Shown piece after piece: positions 23,885 to 33,073 of a DNA stretch of 36,765 bases. Both the position numbers and the translations under genes were made by a program. The notes beneath the pieces are model-generated. The model did no database searches and was not told where the DNA came from. It worked only from the letters and a program-made list of their open reading frames with translations. This DNA is from Craspedostauros australis (Eukaryota): positions 1 to 36,765 of the forward strand of contig JALAGF010003341.1 of the NCBI GenBank assembly GCA_030167865.1, read 5' to 3'. How positions within the stretch are numbered: the stretch's first letter is position 1; each line of letters opens with the position of its first letter.

Positions 23885-25957
23885 ATGTCCGGATCCATCG
23901 CTGATGAGCTGGCCCCAGTCTCCGCGAACGACGATGGTAATCGCGTCACCTTTAGCGGTAGATCAGGTGACGCCTTGCGTCGTGATCAAGAGGGTGACGT
24001 GGAACAGCCTCGTGACCTTTTGATGACAGAGGCGAGTGAAGACCGCGCCCCTGACGATGACATTGACAATGACAATGATGATGACATTGACGATGACAAT
24101 GACGACGGTGGCTATGATGGTGATGAGGACATCAACGACGGCGACGCGGATGATGGCGAAGATGAGGAGGAGGACAGCGACAGCGGCAACGAGGAACTGC
24201 GCAGATCGTTTCATTGCAGATACATCGGCAGCCCCTTCATCAGCTTCCTGCTGTGGATCGAGAACTGGGGCGCCGCCCTCTTCTCACCCAACATCCGCAA
24301 CAAGTTCTTTGCGTGGCTCAGCGTCGGGGCTGTCATGGCCGCCATCATCGTTGCTTACGTCACCCTCTTCCGCAACGACTCCAGCCTTTCCAGGCTGACG
24401 CTCTTTCTCGTCTTGGATTCCGGCACCAGCTTCTTTGCCTTCCTCATCATCCTCTTTGGTCCCATCCGCTACGCGTTATCGGGGTTGGAGTTCAAGTCGC
24501 CTCACACGTCGTCGTGGGCGTTGTCCTATTCGGCCTATCGGTACAAGCACAGGAAACGGGGCAACAAGAAGCGCAAGGCGGGCCATGGCAATGGGAACGG
24601 CGGCAATGGCAATGGTGGTGGTCTGAACACAGAGAGCGATGCATCTAGCGCTATATCCGATGTGGGAGGCGAACCGTTCCTGCCTGTTGCGGCTACTAAC
24701 GACAACAGCACCGGTGCTTTGCAGAAAGAGGACGCCGGAATTCCATCAGAAACGATGCCCCTGGTTGGATCGCATCCTTCTGCTCCCACATATTCGCATG
24801 CAGCGACCAGGGACAACGAGCATGCCAATCCTGCTCATGGCGATGACCAAATTGAAGCGGATATTGATATCTCCTTCCTTCGCAACGACATGCTCATCAA
24901 CATGAACATAGTCCTCTTCCTCATCTGCTTCGCGCTCACTTGCTGGAAAGATTACGTGAGGGTGGATCATGACAGCGGCCCTGACACGTCCTTAACGTGG
25001 AAGGTCATCTTCGTCCTCTCCAGCCTCGTCGAGGACACGGTCTTCTGCGGTGGATTCTTGATGCTGGCGGTGGCCTACAGGATACTCGCATTGAGAGTGT
25101 GGCGACTGCGCACGCGTCTCTTGATCGCCATGGAACGCCGCATCAAGCATCGCCAGGTGCACAAGCAGCATCGCTACCTCAACGCGGCGCTGCGATCGCA
25201 CATGTTCCTGGATTTACCCCAATCCTCCTCTTCGTCGCCTCCCACCGCAGTCGCGAAGGAGCGGATGTTACGCCAGCTGCACAAGGAGCACGAGCGTGAC
25301 AAGTCGCAGTACCATCTGTTCGAACTCATCCGTGCGAGGTACGAATCCACCTTCCAAGCTGCGAGGTCGCTGAGCGAACGCACCAGCCTCTTCACCTTGC
25401 TCATGATCTCCATGATCTTGCTGCAGATCACGTCGATCGGATACGACATCATCGTGTCACCTTCATCGGATGAGGACGGCTGGGAAACACCGTCGACCGC
25501 AGCTTCTGATGCGACGTCCAACCCCGTCACGTCCGCTTCCTTTCGCAAGGATTACGCCCATTTCCAACTCCTGCGCATGCTCCTCTTCCTCTCCATCCAA
25601 CTGTTCCAGATCGTGATCTCGGCCGCCAACCTCATGTTCGCAAGCCGCCGATTGGCCGAACGGTTGGTGCGCGTCGAATGCCTCGTGCGTGAAGAGATTT
25701 ACGAATTCGAGGTGCAGCAGCTCAAGATGGAATCCAGCACGGCACCGACGACGGCCATCCTGACACGCACCCAACGCGCCGTGAAGCAGGCGCAGGCCGA
25801 TCTTCTGAAGACGCTGTCGTACCGCGTCAAGAATCATCCCGTGCGCATCTCGTGGGGGTGGTTCAATCTCACAACGGGGTGGTCGGTCGGTATGAGCTTC
25901 ATCATCGCGACCGGGATTCTGGGGTTCATCGGTATTCAGTTGCCGACAGGGACGTGA
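23885..25957 (+). CDS. 7-TM membrane protein, gustatory-receptor-like / 7TMIC ion-channel superfamily candidate (~690 aa)
   Basis: Intronless ORF with an acidic N-terminus, about 7 hydrophobic helices and long amphipathic loops after TM4 and TM6. It ends in HPVRISWGWFNLTTGWSVGMSFIIATGILGFIGIQL, resembling the GR TM7 signature. An alternative start exists at 23813. Confidence 0.7.
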   Translation: MSGSIADELAPVSANDDGNRVTFSGRSGDALRRDQEGDVEQPRDLLMTEASEDRAPDDDIDNDNDDDIDDDNDDGGYDGDEDINDGDADDGEDEEEDSDSGNEELRRSFHCRYIGSPFISFLLWIENWGAALFSPNIRNKFFAWLSVGAVMAAIIVAYVTLFRNDSSLSRLTLFLVLDSGTSFFAFLIILFGPIRYALSGLEFKSPHTSSWALSYSAYRYKHRKRGNKKRKAGHGNGNGGNGNGGGLNTESDASSAISDVGGEPFLPVAATNDNSTGALQKEDAGIPSETMPLVGSHPSAPTYSHAATRDNEHANPAHGDDQIEADIDISFLRNDMLINMNIVLFLICFALTCWKDYVRVDHDSGPDTSLTWKVIFVLSSLVEDTVFCGGFLMLAVAYRILALRVWRLRTRLLIAMERRIKHRQVHKQHRYLNAALRSHMFLDLPQSSSSSPPTAVAKERMLRQLHKEHERDKSQYHLFELIRARYESTFQAARSLSERTSLFTLLMISMILLQITSIGYDIIVSPSSDEDGWETPSTAASDATSNPVTSASFRKDYAHFQLLRMLLFLSIQLFQIVISAANLMFASRRLAERLVRVECLVREEIYEFEVQQLKMESSTAPTTAILTRTQRAVKQAQADLLKTLSYRVKNHPVRISWGWFNLTTGWSVGMSFIIATGILGFIGIQLPTGT

Positions 25958-26281
25958 TGGTGTACTAGCAGAGTCATATAATATATATAGAAATGTATAC
26001 TAAAATCCGCATGCAGTTCTTCTGGAGATAGATCGTATTGTGCATCATCAATCAACTGCATTGTTACATAGTCTGAGTCCAACATCGACTGATTCGAAAG
26101 TTCGGACACATGACAGATGAAAAAGACTTCTGATTTTGGCGAAGGATGTCCACAACAACACACGAACATCTTCTGCGCAATCATTCGCAACCGCACTCAC
26201 CCACCTCCATGAAAGGAAGAGAGGACAGGTATTATATAATACTATACCGATGCAACAGAAGAGGAACAACAAAGCACGACA

Positions 26282-27401
26282 ATGGACGAAGTGAAGAAGA
26301 TCAAAGGAGATGACCTTCTCTTGAAGGTAGGTGCGTTGTCATTGTCGTTGCCATTGTAGTTGATGGCAGTACTCACTCTACCGCTATTGTTCCTATGATA
26401 TGATCTGTCATGCATCCGTGTATGGCTTCGAAGAAGATCGGAGGCCGACTCTCACCATTCCTCCAACTTCTCCATCCATTCATCCATCCATCCATCTATC
26501 TATACTCACACGCTCACAGGTCATCAAATCCACAAAGACCGGAGATGATGCCAAAACCATCCAAAGCGATGATCACGTCCTGATTCAGATCGTCGGCAGA
26601 CAATCGAACGACCTGAACCACATCGACGGACCCATCTTTCAGGACACGAAATCCAAGTCCTGGCTGGTCAAGGCCAGCGCCTCCGATCTGCTGGTCCCCG
26701 CCATCCGCCTCTGCCTGCCGCACTGCAAGGTCGGCCAGACGGTCCATATCTGGTCCACGGCGCAGCATGCCCTCGGCGACAGCGTCCGCAAGCTCGGCAA
26801 GTACCAGCTGCCACCCAACTCCAGCGTCCTCTACACCGTCACGGTCTCCCAAATCGTCATGGACACATCGCGGTTGAATCCTTACTTCACCATCCAACTG
26901 CACAAGACGCGCAAGGAGATCGCCAACGACCTCTACCAATGCCAATTCCGATCGATGTGGCAGCGCGCCATCCTAATTTACGATGCCAGCGGCAAGGCGC
27001 TCGAGACGTTGCTCAATGGCACGTACTTTGCCAGCGTCGAATCGAATCATCCGCAACGCAACGAGACAAGGCAGCTCATGCTGGACTGCTTCAACAACGT
27101 CGTCGCCGTCTGCGTCACGGCCAAACAGTACAAGCGAGGACGCGACGCCGTGCAAACGGTGCTCAAGCATGATGCGAACAACAAGAAGGCGCTGTTGCGC
27201 AATGCCAATCTGGCGTTGATGGACGCGAAGCTGTCGGGTGGTGATCGGGCGCAGGCCATGAAGATGGCGCAAGATGCGATCACGTATCACGATGCGAAGG
27301 AGTTTGCGGAATTGGAGAAGCTGCAGACCAAACTGAAGGCGGCATTGCAAAAGGCGAAGCAGGACAAGGAGGAGGCAGAGGCGGTCCGCGAGGCCGAGTA
27401 G
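26282..27401 (+). CDS. FKBP-like domain + TPR-repeat immunophilin co-chaperone, 2 exons (26282-26326, 26520-27401), ~308 aa
   Basis: Exon 1 encodes MDEVKKIKGDDLLLK, then intron 26327-26519 (AAG|gtaggt...cacag|GTC) is in frame. FKBP-like segment: LPHCKVGQ...HALGD...LPPNSSVLYTVTV. TPR-like segments: KEIANDLY, CFNNVVAVC and NNKKALLRNA. Confidence 0.8.
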
Positions 27402-27627
27402 AGTGGAGAGGTGCGTGCATGTATGTACGGGTGTACACGTGCGGTTTGAGCCTACACCAGGCACATGTCACGCCATACCCTACCATGCCAAGCAATTGAT
27501 AACACACTGCGTTACACTTAGAGTATGCGGAGGCCGATGTTAACTCGTAGACGAGGTGTTCAGTGATCGATCCATTCTATCTGACTCGTACGTACGAGGA
27601 TTCCATCTCATGCTCCATGCACTTGCA

Positions 27628-29874
27628 TCAGAACGGCACGTTATCATAGTCTTCTGGCGCTGGCACATCCGCCTTGTCTTTGGGTGTGTACGCCCTCTTC
27701 TTCTGTGTGGGAGAATAGAACTGGTTGCCGCCGACTGCCGCGGATCGCGCCGATGTGCTGTATTCTCGTTTGGGCATGGGTTCCGAACCCACACCACCAA
27801 ATCCAAAGTGATTTGCGATGGCGCTGTACGAGCGCTCTTCCGCCTCCTGCAGCTTTTCGTAGGGGAAGTTGGACCGCTTCATCTTGTCCAGAAATGTTCG
27901 CTTGATCGTGTAGAAGTCCATGTCATCGTAAAACGAGATCACACGATCCACATCCAACTCCGTCATCCTCATCACCGACAGCTCATCTGCATCCATCGCA
28001 GTCTCATCCGCAGGACGGATCATGGAACCAAAAGGCACATCACGCTCCAGCTCCACCAACACGCGAGACAAACGGGCCTGATCCTCATTCTCCATCAACG
28101 TTTCACGACGCTTCTTCTGCTTGATATCATCCACATTCTCATAAATACCATCCAACGACCCATACTCGTTGATCAGCTGCGCGGCGATCTTCGGTCCAAT
28201 GCCTGGCACACCAGGCACGTTGTCGGCCGCATCACCTGCCAACGCCAACACATCACCCAGCTGATCCGAGTTGACGTTCCACTTCTCGACCACAGCATCA
28301 TGATCGACTCGGCTCATCTTCATGGGATCGATCATCTGACACACCCCAATGCCACCATCGCTGTCAGATGCATTGGGAGTGATGAGCTGCATGAGATCCT
28401 TGTCACCTGACAGGATGTTGACATCCATTCCCATCTGTGTGGCTTTGCATGCCAGAGTGGCGATGACATCATCTGCTTCGAAACCAGCCGCTTCCACTTG
28501 TGGTATGCCGTATGCTCTGCCGGCTTCACGGATGAGACTGAACTGAGGGATGAGATCGACGGGCACGTCGGGTCGTTGTGCTTTGTAGAGGGGATAGATC
28601 TCGTTTCTGAATGTGGGTCCAGGTGCATCGAACACGAGGACGAGTCTTGGTCGTTCTTGGTTGAGCATTCTGTTGAGCAGCATCCTGTTGAGCATGTTGC
28701 AGAATCCGAGGACGGCGCCAACGGGCATTCCGTCGCCTCTGTGCATGGGTGGCATGGAGTGGTATGCTCGGAAGATATAGGCGGATGCATCGACGAGCAG
28801 CAGCGGGTCCTTCGACCGGACCACCTGGCGTTTCTTCGACTCGCCGGCGTTGGGGGCGACGTCCGCCACAACCTTGGACATGATGGGTTTCTTGGAAGCT
28901 GCCGCTGCTTTGGGAGAACGCTTGGGTTTGGTTTGCGTCATGATGTTGAAGACGTGCGTGCCGGCCTCCCTGGCCTCCTTCGTTTTGATCACCCTGGCGC
29001 GGCGGTACTTGAGGCTGCGGTGCTCCAGGATCAATCCGGCCATGGGATTCTGATGCGCGATACCTTCCAGCGTGCTCTTGTTGGTGGACCTCCCCTCGAT
29101 GCCAAAGAGAGCCATGGAAACCTGCTTGGGACTCCCGACCTTGAATTCCTTGCCGTCGTTCATTTCGAAGATGCGCACCTCCAAACTCTCGAGGTCAAGA
29201 TCGATCTGCTCTAACGTGCTTTCCTGGTGGCTGCGTTTGCCGGGCATGGGGGATTGCTTCGTCGTCGCGCCGCGTTCATTTGGCTTGTTTGTTTTGTCTG
29301 CAGCTTGTGCAGTGACCGACGGTTTACTGCCACCGGAAGACGCAGTGGAGTCTTGATCCGGCGCTTCCTTGACTTCGGCATCACTCAAGATGTTGTCATC
29401 CGTGGCCTTCGTGGAGGCGGTCACGGGACCCGCAGACTTCTGTGGAGGCTTCTGTGCAGACTTCTGTGGAAACTTCATTGGTTGATAGCCATATTCATCC
29501 TCATCATGTGCTGTCAAATCCATACCAACATCAACGAAGTCGTTGAGCGAATCGGAAGGATCGGGCAGTGAGGAATATGACATGAAGTCGTTGAACTCAG
29601 CCCCCGACATCTCCTCAGCGTAATTGTTGATGGGCCAATAATGGCTAGAGGCCTCGTCGTCGCCGTCGTCACCGGCCTTGGAGTACAGCGTGGGCGACGA
29701 TGAATAGATGGACTGCCGTTGCTTGCGGAAGTTGTGCGAACGGCCATGCTGCTGCTTCGCTCTGTGCCTCACAGCGCGCCATGCTTGACGCTGAAACGTC
29801 CACATATGCACCACGCGAAACGACGAGGCTATCAGCAACACCGAGAGCAGCCGCCGGAGGTCAGGATTGGGCAT
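27628..29874 (-). CDS. Pol I-type 5'-3' exonuclease (flap endonuclease) with N-terminal Pol A thumb fragment, paralog 1; probably organelle-targeted
   Basis: Nuclease motifs LLVDASAYIFRAYH, VFDAPGPTFRNEIYPLYKAQR, EADDVIATL, SGDKDLMQL and the H3TH motif LAGDAADNVPGVPGIGPKIA. Thumb-like segment EFKVGSPKQVSMALFG...STNKSTLE...LILEHR. Signal-peptide-like N-terminus. Confidence 0.9.
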   Translation of the reverse strand: MPNPDLRRLLSVLLIASSFRVVHMWTFQRQAWRAVRHRAKQQHGRSHNFRKQRQSIYSSSPTLYSKAGDDGDDEASSHYWPINNYAEEMSGAEFNDFMSYSSLPDPSDSLNDFVDVGMDLTAHDEDEYGYQPMKFPQKSAQKPPQKSAGPVTASTKATDDNILSDAEVKEAPDQDSTASSGGSKPSVTAQAADKTNKPNERGATTKQSPMPGKRSHQESTLEQIDLDLESLEVRIFEMNDGKEFKVGSPKQVSMALFGIEGRSTNKSTLEGIAHQNPMAGLILEHRSLKYRRARVIKTKEAREAGTHVFNIMTQTKPKRSPKAAAASKKPIMSKVVADVAPNAGESKKRQVVRSKDPLLLVDASAYIFRAYHSMPPMHRGDGMPVGAVLGFCNMLNRMLLNRMLNQERPRLVLVFDAPGPTFRNEIYPLYKAQRPDVPVDLIPQFSLIREAGRAYGIPQVEAAGFEADDVIATLACKATQMGMDVNILSGDKDLMQLITPNASDSDGGIGVCQMIDPMKMSRVDHDAVVEKWNVNSDQLGDVLALAGDAADNVPGVPGIGPKIAAQLINEYGSLDGIYENVDDIKQKKRRETLMENEDQARLSRVLVELERDVPFGSMIRPADETAMDADELSVMRMTELDVDRVISFYDDMDFYTIKRTFLDKMKRSNFPYEKLQEAEERSYSAIANHFGFGGVGSEPMPKREYSTSARSAAVGGNQFYSPTQKKRAYTPKDKADVPAPEDYDNVPF
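27918..28798. repeat. 881-bp near-identical direct repeat, copy A (5'-3' exonuclease coding segment)
   Basis: Ungapped match to 31039-31919 (offset 3121), with about 26 substitutions counted by eye. Confidence 0.95.
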
Positions 29875-30439
29875 GGCAAACTATGAATGCGGGCTTCGTT
29901 TGCGTATGGGATGCAGAGAATGCTGCGTGTCCTCGAGTTCGTGTTGGTCCTGCACAGTGTTACTGACGATCTACTCACACTCATTGGACTGTGCGCACTG
30001 TGTTGGTTGAGGGATGTTCCGCGTCGATTTGGAAAGTTTCGCGATTTCTCGCAGTTGTGTTGCGCTTGGAAAATTGTTGGTTTGTGTTTCGGATTTTGTG
30101 GAGAATCCTCGACTCGTTCGAATCAATCTCAATTGTGCGATAGTCCACAAACGTCATGATGTGACGAGTTTAGAGGTGTTGTCCGCTCCACTCTACTCTG
30201 CTCTACCGTACTCTACTCGTACATGGTATGATCAGCCTTGACGATCACAACAGAACATTGAATCAAAGAATAGGACCGAGTTAAATTGAGGTGAACAGCT
30301 ATCTTGTTTCTGGTGGTGGAAGGTTGGTGGCGTCTGGTCCCCGGGCCACATCCCACTCTTTGGAATGGTTCCTGCGTTTACTCCTATTATTCGATTCGAC
30401 ATTGTTTCGCAAATTTTGTCGGCGCGGTCGCTGCATTCG

Positions 30440-33073
30440 CTAGAATGGGACACCGTCGTAGTCTTTGGGCGTCGGCACAGCCGCCTGCTTGCTCGCGATG
30501 ATCAGCAGAGCCTTCCGCACGTTTTCGTCTTCGTAGTAATCCAGAAATAGTTCTTCCTTGTACGATGTGAGGAAGATGTCATTGGGTGGGTCCGCAACCA
30601 AGGCCTCCCACTCATCGATGGACCTCGAGCCCTTGCTTTTGGCCTGCTTATGGGCGGAGAGATAGATTTCGGCTGGTGCGCTGGAGAGGAAGTGCTGCGT
30701 CTCTTCAGCGAGAGCAGCAAAGAACTGCCGAGTGCTCGTCGAGGGGAGGATCTGGTCCTCGCCAAGTTGTTCGGTGCGACCGCCGCTGTCGCTGTGATCG
30801 CTTTCGTTGCTATCACTGCGACGGTCGAGATTTATCTGTACCTCTCCTTGGGCGGCCGCATGCGCCGCGTCGGCGCGATCAGTTCCAAGCCTGTCTTTGT
30901 CCTTGCTGTGGTTTGGGTTTGCATTCCCTTCCATCTTGGCGCAGTCAATGCATTCGGTTGAGTTCTTTGCGGATGCCGAGGCTCCTTCGCTTTGCGGTCG
31001 CAATCGTTCTGTCATCTGCTGCTTCACCTTCGTGAATCCCATGTCATCGTAAAACGAGATCACACGATCCACATCCAACTCCGTCATCCTCATCACCGAC
31101 AGCTCACCTGCATCCATCGCAGTCTCATCCGCAGGACGGATCATGGAACCGAAAGGCACATCACGCTCCAGCTCCACCAACACGCGCGACAAACGGGCCT
31201 GATCCTCGTTCTCCATCAACGTCTCACGACGCTTCTTCTGCTTGATATCATACACATTCTCGTAAATGCCATCCAACGACCCATACTCGTTGATCAGCTG
31301 CGCGGCGATCTTCGGTCCAATGCCTGGCACACCAGGCACGTTGTCGGCAGCATCACCTGCCAACGCCAACACATCACCCAGCTGATCCGAGTTGACGTTC
31401 CACTTCTCGATCACAGCGTCATGATCGACTCGGCTCATCTTCATGGGATCGATCATCTGACACACCCCAACACCACCATCGCTGGCAGATGCATTGGGAG
31501 TGATGAGCTGCATGAGATCCTTGTCACCTGACAGGATGTTGACATCCATTCCCATCTGTGTGGCTTTGCATGCCAGAGTGGCGATGACATCATCTGCTTC
31601 GAAACCAGCCGCTTCCACTTGTGGTATGCCGTATGCTCTTCCGGCTTCGCGGATGAGACTGAACTGAGGGATGAGATCGACTGGCACGTCGGGTCGTTGT
31701 GCTTTGTAGAGGGGATATATCTCGTTTCTGAATGTGGGTCCAGGTGCATCGAACACGAGGACGAGTCTTGGTCGCTCTTGGTTGAGCATTCTATTGAGCA
31801 GCATTCTGTTGAGCATGTTGCAGAATCCGAGGACAGCGCCGACGGGCATCCCGTCACCTCTGTGCATGGGTGGCATGGAGTGGTATGCTCGGAAGATGTA
31901 GGCGGATGCATCGACGAGCCACAAGGCGTCGTCGTCGACGGCTTCTGACTGCTGTTCGCTTGATGCATCCATGGATATCGTGCTGTCGGCTGAAAAGTTG
32001 CCGTGTGCGTGTTTCAACGCAGTTCGTGCGCGCCGTTTCCGCCAGAAGTGGCGCATCTTCATTCGTTGGTGCTCTTTCTTCCTTTGCAGACGCGACAGCG
32101 ACGACTTGATAGTGCGATGCTTCAGCATCAACGAAGCAAATTCGCTGTGCCGTGCCATTCTCTCCAACACCTGCTTGCTGGTGGATCGCGTCGCGTTGCC
32201 GAACAGGAGCTTGGCGACCTGCCGGGGACTGTTGACATTGAATTCGGTGCCGTTCGCATGATTCGCAATGATGGCTTCCTCGACCCTCCGAAGCTGCCGG
32301 CTCGCTTCATCCAGCCGATTCTCGAGATACTGTCCGCGTCCACCATACTTGGCGCGCTCCACGAAGAACTTGTATGCGTCTTCATCGATTCCAACCAAAT
32401 GGGAATTTTTGCCCAATTCCACATGGCGCAGTGCAAAATAGCCTTCGGGAACGCTGTTGGCCCTGTCGGTCATCCTGAAGGATGGTTCATAGCCGTCGCT
32501 GTTGCCATCGCCGTGCTCGTCATAAGTATCACCTCCATTGATGCCACGCTGTTTGTGAAACTGATTGATGTACTCGTTGTCGATTGCTCTCCAATATTGC
32601 GCGCTGCTATCCTCCCCCAGTTGTTTCTGTACATCCAAACTGGTACTCATCCTCATTTCGTCACTCCAAAGTCCATCTTCTTTCAGTTGGATTGGTGCAT
32701 CTCCCGCTTCCATCGTTCCATTGACGAGTGGATCATGCGCCTGGGGCGATGGTTTGCCATCCTCTTCTCCCACAGAACGTCGCTGTGCACGGATTCGCGT
32801 GGAAGTTGCACATCTGAATCGATCCGCTTGTGTCCTTCCTCTGTTGTCAGCTCGGAGTCGCAGGAGGATGCCGCCAGCATGGAGAATCGCACCGAAACCC
32901 GAAGATGGCGGGGTTGTGCGGATCCATGTCTCTGGCTTGGCAACATTTCCGACAGTGCTGCTGCCATTGAGGGGATGGAAACCACTGGCCACTCCCTTGC
33001 ACCCATCAAAGCCCGTGTTGCATGGCAGCAACAGCATGATGCGCGTCAACAATCCCAACCACCGACATGTCAT
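30440..33073 (-). CDS. Pol I-type 5'-3' exonuclease with N-terminal Pol A thumb fragment, paralog 2; probably organelle-targeted
   Basis: Same nuclease motifs as paralog 1. Thumb-like segment EFNVNSPRQVAKLLFG...STSKQVLERMA...LMLKHR. Hydrophobic N-terminus followed by VASGFHP. Confidence 0.88.
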   Translation of the reverse strand: MTCRWLGLLTRIMLLLPCNTGFDGCKGVASGFHPLNGSSTVGNVAKPETWIRTTPPSSGFGAILHAGGILLRLRADNRGRTQADRFRCATSTRIRAQRRSVGEEDGKPSPQAHDPLVNGTMEAGDAPIQLKEDGLWSDEMRMSTSLDVQKQLGEDSSAQYWRAIDNEYINQFHKQRGINGGDTYDEHGDGNSDGYEPSFRMTDRANSVPEGYFALRHVELGKNSHLVGIDEDAYKFFVERAKYGGRGQYLENRLDEASRQLRRVEEAIIANHANGTEFNVNSPRQVAKLLFGNATRSTSKQVLERMARHSEFASLMLKHRTIKSSLSRLQRKKEHQRMKMRHFWRKRRARTALKHAHGNFSADSTISMDASSEQQSEAVDDDALWLVDASAYIFRAYHSMPPMHRGDGMPVGAVLGFCNMLNRMLLNRMLNQERPRLVLVFDAPGPTFRNEIYPLYKAQRPDVPVDLIPQFSLIREAGRAYGIPQVEAAGFEADDVIATLACKATQMGMDVNILSGDKDLMQLITPNASASDGGVGVCQMIDPMKMSRVDHDAVIEKWNVNSDQLGDVLALAGDAADNVPGVPGIGPKIAAQLINEYGSLDGIYENVYDIKQKKRRETLMENEDQARLSRVLVELERDVPFGSMIRPADETAMDAGELSVMRMTELDVDRVISFYDDMGFTKVKQQMTERLRPQSEGASASAKNSTECIDCAKMEGNANPNHSKDKDRLGTDRADAAHAAAQGEVQINLDRRSDSNESDHSDSGGRTEQLGEDQILPSTSTRQFFAALAEETQHFLSSAPAEIYLSAHKQAKSKGSRSIDEWEALVADPPNDIFLTSYKEELFLDYYEDENVRKALLIIASKQAAVPTPKDYDGVPF
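31039..31919. repeat. 881-bp near-identical direct repeat, copy B
   Basis: Ungapped match to 27918-28798. Confidence 0.95.

Noticed and set aside
27918-31919. Duplicate as a pure assembly artefact
   Set aside because: About 26 mostly synonymous differences, and both copies sit in frame within distinct intact ORFs that each have their own thumb and tail.
27628-33073. Calling these genes polA (full DNA polymerase I)
   Set aside because: No 3'-5' exonuclease or polymerase motifs A/B/C follow the nuclease domain in either copy.
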